Of a DNA stretch of 64,000 nt, positions 12,383 through 26,111 are shown piece after piece. The stretch lies in NCBI GenBank assembly GCA_951406725.2, contig OX597823.1, positions 11,098,001-11,162,000 on the forward strand, written 5' to 3'. The translations under genes were made by a program, and so were the position numbers. The notes beneath the pieces are model-generated. The model worked only from the letters and a program-made list of their open reading frames with translations, searched no databases and was not told the DNA's origin. Numbering within the stretch: position 1 is the stretch's first letter; every line of letters begins with the position of its first letter. Origin of the DNA: Octopus vulgaris. Its lineage: Eukaryota.

Positions 12383-12600
12383 ATTTGTGTCTGTGCTTGT
12401 CCTCCACCACCACTTGATAGCCTGTGTTGGTGTGTTTATGTCCTCATAACCTGGCAGTTTGGTAAAGGAGACTGATCAAATAAGTACCAGTCTTTAAAAA
12501 AAGGAAATAAGTAATAGGATCAATTCATTCAACTAAAAATTCTTCGAGGTGGTGTCTCAGCATGGCTATACAGTCTAATGTCTAAAATAAGTAAAAGATG
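12211..12600 (+). mobile_element. SINE family A, older copy
   Basis: GGTTCAGTCC, CCTTAGACAAGTGTCTT and the 3' CAGCATGGC...AAGTAAAAG are all recognisable. Confidence 0.8.
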
Positions 12601-15600
12601 TGTGTCTTTGTGTATGTATTTGTGAGTATGTGCGTGTTCATATTTTCATTCTTTAAAGCATTATTCTTATGTTTGTTATAAACTATGTAACTATAATTCT
12701 AAGCACAAATGTTAAATTCTTTTGTTTTGTACAGTTTTAAGATATTAAGCAAAATAAATCTCCTAAATACTTTTTATTAATTCATGATTTTCATAAACAT
12801 TATATTTTAATGTTAGAGTATTCTTCCCTTAATGTATAAATTTTTATTCGTCTATTTTAAGATAATTTTTATGGTAAATTTGTATTTTTAACATTTAACA
12901 GATTACAGCTGTATTGGCTGATAATATTCTAACTGGTTCCACTGCAAAGATGCCTCTTTCTTTCCGTGTCATGTGTAAATAATCACTTGATGTGTTCCGA
13001 TAAGGATTGGCCTACAAAGTGCAAAGTTCTCAGGCTAGATATAAAAGCTCTAGTAATATTTCTTCAAAGATGCCCCAGTTACCTTGATAAATTAAAGAAA
13101 CCAGTATCAGAGAAAAAGACAGGTAAAATAGTTGGTCATCACCTAAGGCAATAAAAATATTCTCACACACCTATCTTTTACAATATTTTATTAAAATATA
13201 GGAGTGAACATTGCTATTTATGATTCCTACTACAGCATAACTACACTATAGAGTTGGCAATGTTGTTACTTCATTAATTCCAGAAGTATCAATGACAAAG
13301 CTTGGTTTAATAAGATATAGCCTGAAACGAAACAGAGCTCATTAGTGGCTCCTTATACCAACTAAATTTTCATATCTTTTCTTGTTATTTAATCATTAGT
13401 AGTGAAATTATTTATTATTTAGTTCCCTATTTGTATTTAAATAAGACTGACTAAAACTACAAATTAAAGGAAGCCTTAGAAAATATAAATTAATAAGTAA
13501 TAATTAATAAGTAATAAATTAAGTAATAATTGTTGTCTGTTCAGATTTGTTCTTCATTATAGTTCTGATCTGAGAAACTAGGGAGCCATATTTTTTAGAT
13601 CAACATCTCAGTGGTTATAGATTTCTTGATTATAATTAATGAAATTTTGTTTTATAATCTCAAGTGAATAAGTATTTAAAATAATGGAAATGTTTCATAC
13701 AAATATATATATAAAAATTCATATTTAGATATTTTTGATAATGTTTCATTAAATATATGTATTGTTTTTAAAAACACATTTCATTACAGAACATAACTTT
13801 TCAATGACTATTCTGTTTGTACTGTTATTAATCAGTCATTAGTTTTAATTACTTGCTTAAAGATATTGATAATAAATCTGAAATTCTATTGATTATTGTA
13901 TCTTTTTTTCACTCCTATAATTTCACTTCAAATCTATATTATTTTATTTTCTTTAATTTTATCATGTGTGAAAGATTCAATCAAAAAGTTTAAAGGATCA
14001 CTTGTGAACAATAATTTTTATTTCATTGTTATTACTGCTCTTATCTTTGTTATTCCATTCAACATTTACTGGTCTGCGATTTGTACAATTTAGACAAATC
14101 TGATTGGCCTCATCCATCATAAGTATTGCTAGATGCATCAAGAACTAGAATTCTGTTGCTCAGAATGTCTAAACAGAGCAACAACAATTTGAGTTTTATG
14201 GGTTTTTTTTTTTATATTGCTCAATAACAAATGTATTATATTTTTGGCATTTTGCTGCCAACTGATCATTGCATTTCTTATATAGAAATTTAATTTTCTT
14301 GATTTATCTTGTGCAGTCTGACCTTAGATGAAATAAAATATATATGCATGCACACACATACACACACAGACATGTGTATATACAGTCACATGCATGTATC
14401 CATACACATACATACATGCATGCAATCATGTATTGTTTCTTAGCTCCTTTACTTTTTTTATATCATCTTATTGTGACATTGGCACTAGAGAAGTTGTCTA
14501 TGGTGAACCTAATGATCTGTTTTACTTTTCATTTCCTTATTCCCTCTTACAACTTGATTTAAAAATAACTTTTTATATTTTGATGTCCTTCAAATCAACA
14601 ATTGCATTGTATGTGTGTGTGTGTTTATAGTTGGTATTTATGTGTGTACTTTTCCCAAATACAGCAAAAGCTCTTCAGAAACTGAGAAACACACCTATTT
14701 GGCTGTTTTGTGTCTGATCTGAACAAACATGCTTATAAAGTTAAAATATTAACCTGTTTAGATAAACCATTATCTAACTATTTCAACCAAAAAGTATTCT
14801 TTGTTAATGAAATTCACAATATTTGTATAGAGTATACAAGATCAAGATAATGAAGACACATGTCTTTCATTTTATGACACTTTCAAAAGTTAAAACCTAT
14901 TAATGTTGATATTTTAATTAGCTATTTGTTGCTTCATCCACCTAATCTCTTGTTTGTATCATGTTTATATGATAATTTTCTAATTGGCTACATTAGGTAC
15001 TTTTTTATTTCTTTTTTAAGCTTTTAATTTTAAGCTTGGAATGAAGTTTGAATGTTTTGATATACTGCAAATGAACTGAGTAGTATAAAGTAGCTCACCA
15101 ACAAACTCTTACTTCTGGTCCATAGACATGTTATCTCTTCCCCACCTCCTGACTCTCCCTTTTTTCACCCCTCCTGCTGTAGCTTCTGCTTTTTGGAGTT
15201 AAACTTGTGTTACCTCCATTCACTCACTCATTCACTCATCCCCTCATCACACATATTGTGATCCCCGTACTAATCATACCCTCCAGCTTTTTCACCTTGA
15301 GATGTCAGCCTGCTAGAATTACCTACATCTTCACTATTTCCCTGTCATCATCGACTTGCAGCTTTTCTCTAGCAACATTAACTCTGCATTGATCTCACCA
15401 GTGTTAAAACAAGGACTGCAGATGTCAGATGTAGCACCCTTTCCTCCTGACCCACCGAACTGAGTGAAGTTTTAAAAACATCTTCATCAATAAGAGTTTG
15501 ACCATGATCAAGTGATGTCTAACAAAATAGATTCCAATCCAAACTACCAAAATACAAGAATGAAATACAGAGCCAAATAAGCCAAGTATCTTCGATTCTG

Positions 15601-15863
15601 ACTTATATTAATTACAGTTATTGTTACTTAATCTCAAATTGGCCCTGATTGAGCACACCTGTAATCAAAAGCATTTCAGCCTCAACACTTATGTGTATAG
15701 CATAACCTTGACTACATTATCCAAAATGTCATTTTTCTAAGGTAGCAGGGTGTAACATGAGAATGATTTGACTGCTGTTTCTGGCATATTGAATTAATAC
15801 ATGGTGGTTCATTTATTGGTTCATATCAGGAACTCTGAGACTGATGAAAGAAAAGCATGAAAT

Positions 15864-16092
15864 TGGCCGTTGCCAGCCTCGCCTGGCACCTGTGCAGGTG
15901 GCACGTAAAAAGCACCCACTACACTCACGGAGTGGTTGGCGTTAGGAAGGGCATCCAGCTGTAGAAACATTGCCAGATCAAGACTGGAGCCTGGTGCAGC
16001 CTTCTGGCTTCCCAGATCCCCGGTCGAACCGTCCAACCCATGCTAGCATGGAGAACGGACGTTAAACGATGATGATGATGATGATGATGATA
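15864..16092 (+). mobile_element. Family C young copy
   Basis: AGGAAGGGCATCCAGCTGTAGAAAC...GACGTTAAAC(GAT)n. Confidence 0.85.
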
Positions 16093-16977
16093 ATGCCTAG
16101 CTCAAATGTTTAGCAACCAAGAGATAATGGTTGACAAAGCTTGAAAGACCTATGATTTAGTATCAATAGTCCCATGTATCTGCCAAAATGCTTCACTGTT
16201 TATTTGATCATAAATTATAGTAGTTTTATGAACAGAACTTTACAATAAGTATTTAGTTAAGTTTCAAACTTATTAAACAATTGAATTTAACCTATTGTTG
16301 AGAATCCATAATTTTATTTGGATTAAAAATTGAAAACAGAAAAAAAAAATCATAAATGAAATTAAACCCAATAGTTGTTACACTGTGATGCTGGTCAATT
16401 GATCACATGGTCATAATTCAGATCTTGCTTCAGTCATTGTCTAGTGCTTTTGAACAAGGTATAAACTCCGCTTGCTTGTGTTCGCCTGACTAAACTTGCT
16501 TCACAGTTGACTGGCTTGCAGTAGGAAAGGCATCCAGCTGTATAAAATAAAGAAACAATTGCTCAAACAAATAAACCATCCTAAATCTGCAAGCATGGTA
16601 AAACAGATGGAAAACAATAAAAAATAGAATAGGAAAACAAAAATTTAATTGATATTTATTGATATCAGCATATTTCTTTGGGCACAATTCAATCAAAAAT
16701 ATTTACTCAGGCATTCTAGTTATTTCATGTATGTTTATATATAGTAGAATCAGTAGAGCATTTAACAATATTCATTGTAATACTTTTGTTTTGAGTTCAA
16801 ATCCCATTAGGGGCTACTTTGTTGTTTTTTTTTACTTTTCTGTGATCAACAAAAAAACAAATAAGTATGGACATCCATACAATAACTATGCCTTCCCCCC
16901 TTTAATTTTTTACTTGTGTCTTTGTTAGAAATTTATATTTATGATGATCTCTCATGCAATTTCTACTTTATGTCCTG

Positions 16978-17012
<35 letters not shown>

Positions 17013-17219
17013 GTTAATCCAAACAAGAAAACACAAAAAAAACACAGCAACACCAGGATGTGGAACAAATAAAGTATTATTGGATGCTCAGGAAAGAAGG
17101 GAAGAAGGAGGGTTTAACGTTTCGAGCGGAGCTCTTCATCGGAAACAAAGGAGAAGGAAAGATCCTGAGAAGGGAAGACAGAGGAAAAAAAATTGCTGGC
17201 GGTGCTCACGAGGTCACAT
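17013..17219 (-). mobile_element. ~207-bp Penelope-like (pseudo-LTR-type) element carrying a hammerhead motif, inserted at (TA)n
   Basis: Near-identical copy with the same ends at 39828-40032; internal minimal hammerhead motif. Confidence 0.7.
17112..17146 (-). ncRNA. Minimal type I hammerhead ribozyme-like motif
   Basis: GUUU-CCGAUGA-A-GAGC UCC GCUC-GAAA-C GU U-AAAC. Stem I is GUUU/AAAC, stem II 4 bp, and stem III the loopless palindrome ACGU. Confidence 0.7.
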
Positions 17220-17226
17220 CTGTAAT

Positions 17227-17298
17227 AACAGATTTCTTAAAAATTGTATACATATATATATATATATATATATGTATACAATTTTTAAGAAATCTGTT
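17227..17298. repeat. 72-bp perfect palindrome centred on (TA)n
   Basis: AACAGATTTCTTAAAAATTGTATACA(TA)nTGTATACAATTTTTAAGAAATCTGTT. Confidence 0.95.
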
Positions 17299-17518
17299 TT
17301 TACTCTTCAGTGTTTGAGTATATTTGTTAGTTATGATATTGATAGGTTCTTTTGTTCTTTGGCATTTTTTTAGCCATTGCTGAGCACTGCTTTTCATTTA
17401 AATTCAAAGACCCAGTCATTGATGATGTGATAGTACTAATAAAATAAACATTTCTAGGGAATAGTAGTTTGTTTCATTTGAGGAAATCACTGTTGTTGTT
17501 GTTATTATTGTTATTGCT

Positions 17519-17560
<42 letters not shown>

Positions 17561-17599
17561 ATGTCTGCTTTCCAACCAAACCGAGCCCATCACTTGCAA

Positions 17600-17860
17600 A
17601 TATATACAACCTAGTTGCTTGTGTCATGCTTTTGCTATTGGTGCCTTATGCAGTCATCAACAAATATAGACCCTCTCAACTCTCACAATTTACTCAATGG
17701 AGGAACATCAAGGATGTGAGAGCAAGAGGGAGCAAGCACTGGAACAATGTGAAATGAAGACCTTACTCAAGGATGCAACATGCCACCTGATCCAAGAATT
17801 TAACCCCTGATCTTATGATTATGAGCCTTACACTTAATACGCTAGGCTGTGTACTTTCAC
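17600..17860 (-). mobile_element. Old tRNA-headed SINE, related to 40400-40680
   Basis: Minus-strand tRNA-like head followed by CCTTGAGTAAGGTCTTCATTTCACATTG. It shares GTTGAGAG-G-GTCTATATTT with the copy at ~40600. Confidence 0.55.
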
Positions 17861-18910
17861 TGCACAAACTAAGTACAAGTCTGTGTACCTTGTATAATTA
17901 TTATTGAATGCAGTTTAAAATTTTGGCAAAGGTGCTATTAATGAGGTTGGTGCTTATTACTTGTAGTATGGTTGTAAGCACTGGGTGGTTGTTTGGGATA
18001 AAATATAGGGGCATGGTAGAGCCCAAATGTACACAGAAACGAAACCCTTTTGCATGCACTCACTTATTGGCTGAGTATTGTTGATTCCAGGATTTATGTG
18101 GTTATTATATTACATTTAGGACATTATGATATGATATGAAGAAAATTTGGTTGCTATTTCTACAGGTTGAGTGAACATTTAAAATAAATTCCTTTATTTA
18201 TTTTCTTAATGTTTTGCCTAATCAGCTTTTATTTTTACTTTAGTAGTTTCAGTTTGAGAGCCGCAGCCATTCTGGGGTAGCAAAAGTTGTTCTACCACTT
18301 AACTGCTAGACTTCCATAGAGTCTTAACCAATTTGGTAGCAGACATGTGTTTCTGTGCATGTCTACATGCACATACCTATACATAGGTGCACCTTAATGT
18401 ATGCTTAAATTGTGCAATTTTAGGCCAGGATATTTGAATAAGAACAATATCTTACCTTTATGTCACTAACTATTCTACTTTAATGCATAATCTTTTGTGC
18501 TATTAGCCATCTAAATATTATGCTACTTGCTTCACTTACATAATTTGATGTCCTGACCAACACAGTAAATTGACAGAGTTGTTAGAGCATTGAGTAGAAT
18601 ACCTTATGTATTAAATCTAGCTCTCTACACTTTGAGTTTAAGGTCACCTTTGCTTTTCATCCTCTCAGGGTCATTTAATACTATGGTACCCAGTCAAGTA
18701 CTAGAATTGATTCTTCTCTCTCTCTTTCTCTCAGAATTAGCCTGGTTGTGCTGGGTGAAGGGTCATGAGAAACTACTCACTACATACTTTTCTCAATAAA
18801 TGGAGAAGGATTGAGTGAGGGGCCATCAACTTTTCACTGATATGCTAGGGGAACTGTTCACAAACAGCCAGATGTATAGTATGATATGGAACAGAAATAT
18901 AGAATTAAGA

Positions 18911-18957
<47 letters not shown>

Positions 18958-19799
18958 TGTGTGTACATGTGTATTCCCATTCAAGCATTTGAACAGTCTC
19001 GGGTAAAATGTTAACCTACAGCTGAAAAGTAAGTATCACTTTCTATTACATGATGGAGTGTTTTACTGTAGAATTTGACATCTATCTGTAATACCAGTTT
19101 CTCCTCAAAAAATTCTAGCAAATGTTCAAATATTTAGAAACATCTACACATACACACTTACTCTCCCTTTCTCTCTCTCTCTCTCTCTCTTTCTTTCATT
19201 CTTTCTTCAATCCATTTTTTTTTGTTTTTCTAGCATAGGTTGAATGATTTTTGCAAATTTAGATATTTGCACCTGAATTGTTAAAGCAAATAGTTTGGAT
19301 GTTCTTCCTTCCATGAACTATTCAAAGATGAAGCGAATGTAGAGACTTAAATTTCATCTAGAATCACTAAAGAAGGATAACGCCTTGTCATTGGGTTTAA
19401 ATAAATATAACTATTATCAATCATCAAATATTTTCACTGCATATTTAGCTTCATAATTTCCTTTTTACTTTTCTAATTTCTTTTTTTTTTTTTTGCATAC
19501 TATGAAACAGTATATTTTGATCTTTCTAGTCATTTCATTATAGATGTATCTCACTATAATTTATTAGTAGGCATCGTAAAGTTAAGATAAAGTTTGAACA
19601 AACCATATCCATAACCAGTTTTGATTCCTGGTTGTTAGTGTTTCACTTCATTTATAACATTAATATGTTTGACAGATACAATTTCATTCTTTCTTCCTTG
19701 AAACTCAATAATACTGATTACAAGGCCTCTCTACAGTCATTCAGCCTGCTGACCAAATAGAAGTCCTTGTTATATTTGTTGCCAACAAAAAGGTTTTGT

Positions 19800-20080
19800 T
19801 TTTGCATACAAAAGGCAGTGAGACATGAATAGTGAATAGAGAAGTTCTACAACAATTAGTTGGGAAGTGTATGAATAAATAATAATAAAAAGTTGATATG
19901 GTACCTCTGGTAGATGTAGGCCAAGAAACACTTGGGAGAATATGGTTAAATCATATCTGAAAATATTGATTTTCACAAAAACGATAACTACCATAAGATG
20001 ACATCAGATTACAATATACATGGTTTAATGTTGTATTACAGACCTGTCTGTACCAGCATAGAATAAATGGATACTAAAAC
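19800..20080 (+). mobile_element. Decayed RTE LINE 3' end
   Basis: Patch GRCRPRNTWENMVKSYLKIL resembles the RTE GRGRPRKTW motif. Confidence 0.55.
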
Positions 20081-22264
20081 TATGTGAAGAAAACAATCAG
20101 ATTATTATTATCAAGCATATAATAGATAACTTGATATTCTATTAATTGGGTTTATTTCTGGTTTAGCTATCATTCAAATTGAAATTAAAAATTTCATCCA
20201 TCGGATTATATGGTTTTGATTTTATTGAAACTGTGTTTAACTTTGGTTGTTTATTCATATTTACACAACAGATTCAGAATTCAGTCATAACGGCAAAAAA
20301 TTATTCAAATACTGATTTTTCTTTTTTTGTTGGGAGGAAAGGTGGATTATATTTTTAACAGTCTGTTCATACAATACACAGTTTCATTCACCACCAATAC
20401 CACCAACCATGTTCTCTGGTGTCTTTCAATGCTTTTTGAAGCATACTAAATGAGAAGGGCATGCTAGCTTCTCACTCACATCATCTCCATTTTCTGAAGG
20501 AAACAAACACTGTGAATAGTCCCCTCCACAACCCTCTTAAAGTGTAGTATAGCTGATTCTCAGGAAGTGTGTACATGAGAAAGAGAGAAAGACAGAGGAG
20601 AAGTAGAATCTATTCTGGTGTTTGAATGGCATGTTGTTTATCAACCTTTGAATGATAAAAAAAAAAGAAACATAGTTTACCTTGACAAAATTTGGACTTG
20701 GAACAGTTACTGCAAGGCTCTGACAATTCTGCCAAACATTCACATTAGAGTCTATTTAGTTTTGAGAATAATTAAAATCTATGATAATATTAGTCTCTAA
20801 CATAACTATAGGAACACAGATTTTAGTGTTTGGATGAAATATGCATGTAGATCAGCCTAGTAGTTCACCTGTTCTTATTTTATCAAATCCCAAAAGTATA
20901 AAAAGAATTGTCTGGCAGGATTTGAACTGAGTTAATATTGTCTGTTCATTTTCTGAGTAAGTAAATTTATAAAAAAGAACTTTACAAATGTTTGAATGGT
21001 TTTACATAGACTGTTTCTTTTGCTCCAGGATAAAATGTAAATTATACCCTGAGAGTTGCATATTAAGTAGCAGTTGAAATAAAATTTTAGATATTTTACT
21101 TGCTACAAGTTACTGAAGTTTTGATATATTTATGTCAGTTCTTTAAAATCCATCTTTATTTAGATGAAGAGAAATGAATTTTAGCTTTTGGGTGTTCCAT
21201 CAGTTTTACTGAAAATATCACAGTTATTTATAAACATTATTAGTTATCACTATTTATGAATATATGCTTAGAAAAACAAACATATGTACAGGAAAAATTA
21301 TGTGAGTGTACACACACACACACACACACACACGCACGCACACACACACACTCAGAGAGAAAGACAGAGATGAAAATTAATGTAGGATTAAATACAAAAC
21401 TATGTGTAGCTGCAAATATAAAAAGTATTTGCAAGAAATACAAAGAAAGATAAAACCTATATATTCTAATTACATAAATGCTCTAACACATTAATTAACA
21501 CACTCATATATTTCATAGGTATGTATTTTTGTTGTGCTACCAAAGATGGTAAATTTTCTTGTAATAATTCCATTTTTGTATTATTTTCAACTGTCACTGT
21601 CAAGAATTTGAATCCAGGTCTTGCAGTATCATGATATAATCTGGCTGTAACTTGTTTTGAAATCTTATAATACACTTAAAAATTGTCAGGTTTAAGTTGT
21701 ATTATGTATGGAAATAGACTAAAGTTTGTATGTTTATTCCAAAGCAGTAGATTCAGTATGGTTTCATTCACCATGGCAAGATTTTCAATTAAATATAGTT
21801 TCTTAGGTATAATTATTAGATATAGATTATCAGTATAGCTATTTCGTTAAGGCATTCAATTGTAACCACGTGTCCTAGGTTGATCCAACTGTATGTCACC
21901 TTATGCAAGTATCTTCTACCAAAGCTTTGGGTTAGCTAATGCCTTTTGAGTAAAAACTGCTAAATAGAAACTATGCTGAAGCCCATTGTTCATATGTGTT
22001 TATGTATGTGTCTACCAGCTTAAACAAAAATTAGTACATTTGAAGAAAAATACCTGAGGTATATACTCTAACAAAGTTGCAAAGATATTATTCTCACTAT
22101 TGGAAATGCAGTAAACCAGTGATTGCATATCAGAAACATTTAACCAATGACTCCATACTGTTCATAATGCATGGAAAATAAATAACTGATTTATGCCACT
22201 TTGAAATAGAAATCTCTACACTTGTTATAGCACTGTGTACTTTGACATAACAGTGCTGTCTCTC

Positions 22265-22580
22265 TTGGTGTAACAGTGATAAATACCTTTGTGTTACAAA
22301 CATATCAACCATCCTGATGGAGTGAAAATTGCATTGGTATTATAAAAACACCCATCTATGTTGTCATAGTAATATTCATCTAGATATATATCAATCTTGG
22401 TATTATACTAATATCTGAATTAGTGTTATTGATATTGGCATTGGTATCATAGTGATATCAACTGAGGTTCTATAGTCATATCTACCTCAGTGTTATAGAG
22501 ATTTAAGCATTGTTGTTAAAGTGACTGATTTCTATCTTCATGTTGCAATACATACCCTAGTGTTATGGTGATACCTAACT
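22265..22580. repeat. Degenerate ~22-24-bp minisatellite
   Basis: Recurrent units like TGGTATTATAGTGATATCTACCT. Confidence 0.55.
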
Positions 22581-24159
22581 TATTTTAATAAAACTAACAT
22601 AAGACAACAAGAAAATTTCTGTATGACTGTTTGACCTGCAATAACAACCTAATTCTCTGATATTTTTCTTGAAGTGTGAATAAACTATTTTGTTTCTACA
22701 CATGCGATTTGCATAAACAGATTTCTTGTATCAAATATTCTTTAATAGTATGGAAGGGTATGGAAGAAGTGGAAGATGATGGGCAAAACGACATATGGTC
22801 ATTACATTCTGAGTTCAAACCACACTAATACCTGTCAAGTTAAAAAAAGGGATATAATTGGCTATACCTGTCCCCTTGAATGTGCACTGTTATGCCTTTG
22901 TCAGAAAAGAATATCCCTTTTAATAATATATATTTACAAAGTAACTTTTCGATATTTAAAATTCCTATCAAAATGTTTGATTTGGATAGATTGGTTGTTA
23001 AATAACACTTTATTTACTTTAAATGAATATCGTTCATTGGTATTTTCTGTATGGTTATAGGTATTTCTATATGCTTTAATTTTGTTATATTCATGTGTGT
23101 GTGTGTGTATACATGTGTTTATATATACATATATGTATGTATATATTTTTTAAAACATACTGAATTGGATGTTTTACAAGCCTTATCAATGTTAGATTCT
23201 TTTATCCTCACTCACTTAATTTGAATTTGAATTTTATTACATAATATTTCTTAGTTAATTCTTAACTATTAATCATCAGTCACCATCATCCAATTATTGT
23301 CCATCCTATAAAAAAAATTAAGCTGACTCTTTCATTGCAGATAGAGCTTTACTCACTTAGCTTTAATCTATCTTTGAGATTCCCATTATATATCCACAGG
23401 ATGAATATATTTGAATAAATATATTTAAATTTACAAGCATATATTCAGCTAAATTGTGAATTTTATTGATTTATATAAAACTTGGAAGAAATGTTATTGC
23501 ATGCACGATTATATTGGCTATGTTATTCAATGGAATTTTTTTTTATATGTTAGTCGCTGAATTTTAAATTAAGATAGAACTCATTTCAAAGATATTTACT
23601 TAAAGATTTTTATTTAAGAGAGCTAACTGAAAAATTATTCAAAATAGTTTTTTAAAACAAGAATCTACTTTTCAAATTGTTTTGATTTAGTTTTTCATTT
23701 TAGTTAAAATTTCCATATCACACACTTTTAAAGCTCTGTTTCCTCATTCGTAATTCATTATAGAGAAAAAATAGACAACCGATATCTTTCTTGTCAACTA
23801 AAACAACGCTGCTGAGATATTTAATGGCCTTAGATTGAGAAATACTTCTGATGAGTATGTCTGTGGCTTGATCTTTTACTTCATTTAATACAACAACCTG
23901 GATATTGCTTGTCTTTATCCAAATCTACTTTTTGCCAAAATTTGGGCTGGGCTTCCAATTTGAAGATAACTGCAAACTCAGTTTCTTCACTTGTCATAAA
24001 CACTGCTCTTCTTCCTCTGGCTAAACCATAAAAATAGCAATAACAGTTACAAGTACTCTTTTAGTTGTCAATGTTCATGTTATGAACTTTCAGAGATACA
24101 AACAAGCTTGCTTGCAAATACAAATTTTGAACACTGCACCTGTTTGGAAGTTCAACTAC

Positions 24160-24900
24160 GACATAACAGATGGATTTAGCTCCTCGTAATCACCTTGTAA
24201 ATACATTTCTTGTCATTTTGTGCAATGTCATGCTTATCATATATTGTTATTTGTGGTTTTTACAAATAAATTTTCAATCACCCTAAAATATCTTAGAAGC
24301 TTTAGAGTGGAGCCAGTGATGATGGTGGTAGAAATATTGCAACATTATATTGGAAACCAGGGTGGATATTATAAAGGGAATTGAAAGAAGTGAGAAAATG
24401 ATAAACAGAACAGATGTGCTTGGCATGATTTGCTCTACTGGTGCAAAATTTTAAAGAACAAATAGTGTATTATGTAACATCTAAAAGATTCTGTGCCAAT
24501 ATAAATCCATGATAATTAGAAAGAAATGAAGCTCAGTGATGAAAGAAATAGAAAAACTGTGTGAATGGATGAGTGCATCAACATAATGATGTCTTAATTA
24601 CATTCAGAGAAAGCCATAACTCGTTTTGAAGATTTAAAGGTAAAAAATAGTCAACATGTTGAGGAAGAAATATTTATTGTTGCCTGGTTGATTTTACAGG
24701 TTTGTACATAAGGGTAAGTGATGAAACTGTTAGAGCTAACATGGAAGTGATAGGCAAGTTTCATAAGTTACTATTGGAAATTATTGACAAAAAGGTGTTA
24801 TCTGTGTTAACTCTCAGAGTTGATGTTCAATGTCAATAAGATAGAGTTGTAATGGAAAAATTTCTTGACTATACATACACTAAAAGGAAAAATATGTGCC
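24160..24900 (+). pseudogene. Tigger/pogo (Tc1-mariner superfamily) transposase remnant
   Basis: Frame-shifted patches are collinear with Tigger HTH-psq, CENP-B and start-of-DDE regions: ILETRVDIIKGIERSEKM; SMIIRKK*SSVMKEIEKLCEWM; KAITRFEDLKVK...EEEIF; RVSDETVRANMEVIGKF...LEIID; MFNVNKIEL*WK. Confidence 0.8.
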
Positions 24901-25092
24901 TAACTCCATCTTCCCTACCAGCAGCATCAGTATTAGCAAGCAGGGCAATGCCATGAATAAAGAAAGTATCATAAAATTTTAAGATCTTCTGAAGATCTGA
25001 TGTTTCATTGTTACTATGCAGTCATTTACATACTGATTAATACATGACATACTATTATTTGCTGTAAGTGTAAAGATTATGTAATCTATAAA

Positions 25093-25482
25093 GGTGCGAG
25101 TGTGGCTGTGTGATAGGAAGTTTGCTTCCAAATGACTAGGCTCCAGGCTCAGTCCCAGTGTGTGGCACCTTGGGAAAGTGTCTTTTATTATAACCTCAGG
25201 TCAACCAAAGCCTTGTAAGTGAATTTGATGGACAGAAATTGAAAGATGTGTGTGTATATGTGTGTGTGTGTGCCCCCTCTACCACAGCTTGCCAACCAGT
25301 GTTAGTGTGTTTATTTCCCTGTAACTTAGCAGTTTGGCAAAAGAAACTGATAGAATAATTACCAGGCTTAAAAAATAAGTACTGGGTTGATTCGTTCAAC
25401 TAGAATTCTTCAAGGATATAACCCCAGCATGGCCGCAACCTTATGGTTGAAACAAGTAGAAGAATAAAAAAGTAATAAAAAG
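25093..25482 (+). mobile_element. SINE family A, older full-length copy
   Basis: GGTGCGAGTGTGGCTGTGTG...CCTTGGGAAAGTGTCTT...CCCAGCATGGCCGCA...GAAACAAGTA. Confidence 0.85.
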
Positions 25483-26111
25483 ACAAAATTGCATAATTGA
25501 ACATGCTTGGTACTGAATAGCAACAAAGTGAACCATCAACTGGCTGCTAATGTATGTTTGTATGTGTGTGTATCCTTTGTTATACAATTTTCTTTATAAT
25601 TTGCAATTTAACATTTTGATATTTTTTTTATCAATTTTTCTTTTTTGTTGAACATTAAAAGATGATGATGATGATGATGATGGTGGGAATGACTCTTTGT
25701 ATTTAGTTAGCTCTTTGCTTATTGGCAATATAATTTAGAATTTCTGCAATGAAAGAGGCTGGTTTATAACAATGAGATTTTTTTTTCTTCTTCTTTGGAC
25801 CGGACAAATTAGCTGATGGTAACTTACAAACTGATGATTCATCGTTTAGAATTAATTAACTAGGAAATATGAAATGATGAAATCTAAATTAAGAGGATTT
25901 GGATTGGAAAATATAACATGGTTGAGTAAAAAAAAAAATTAAAATATAATTAAGGTCTATAGATATACTCTGTAGTACATACATAGCATAGAAACAAAAC
26001 ATAGTTAATGCACCAGTAATTCATTAATTATAAGTGAGCTAAGTACAAAGATAGGTTCTCTAACATCTCACAAGCATTAGAAAACATTAAATCTATTTAT
26101 ATGGTAACAAA

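Noticed and set aside
23830-24030. Possible second pogo-type HTH remnant on the minus strand
   Set aside because: Many stops and only a loose pattern match.
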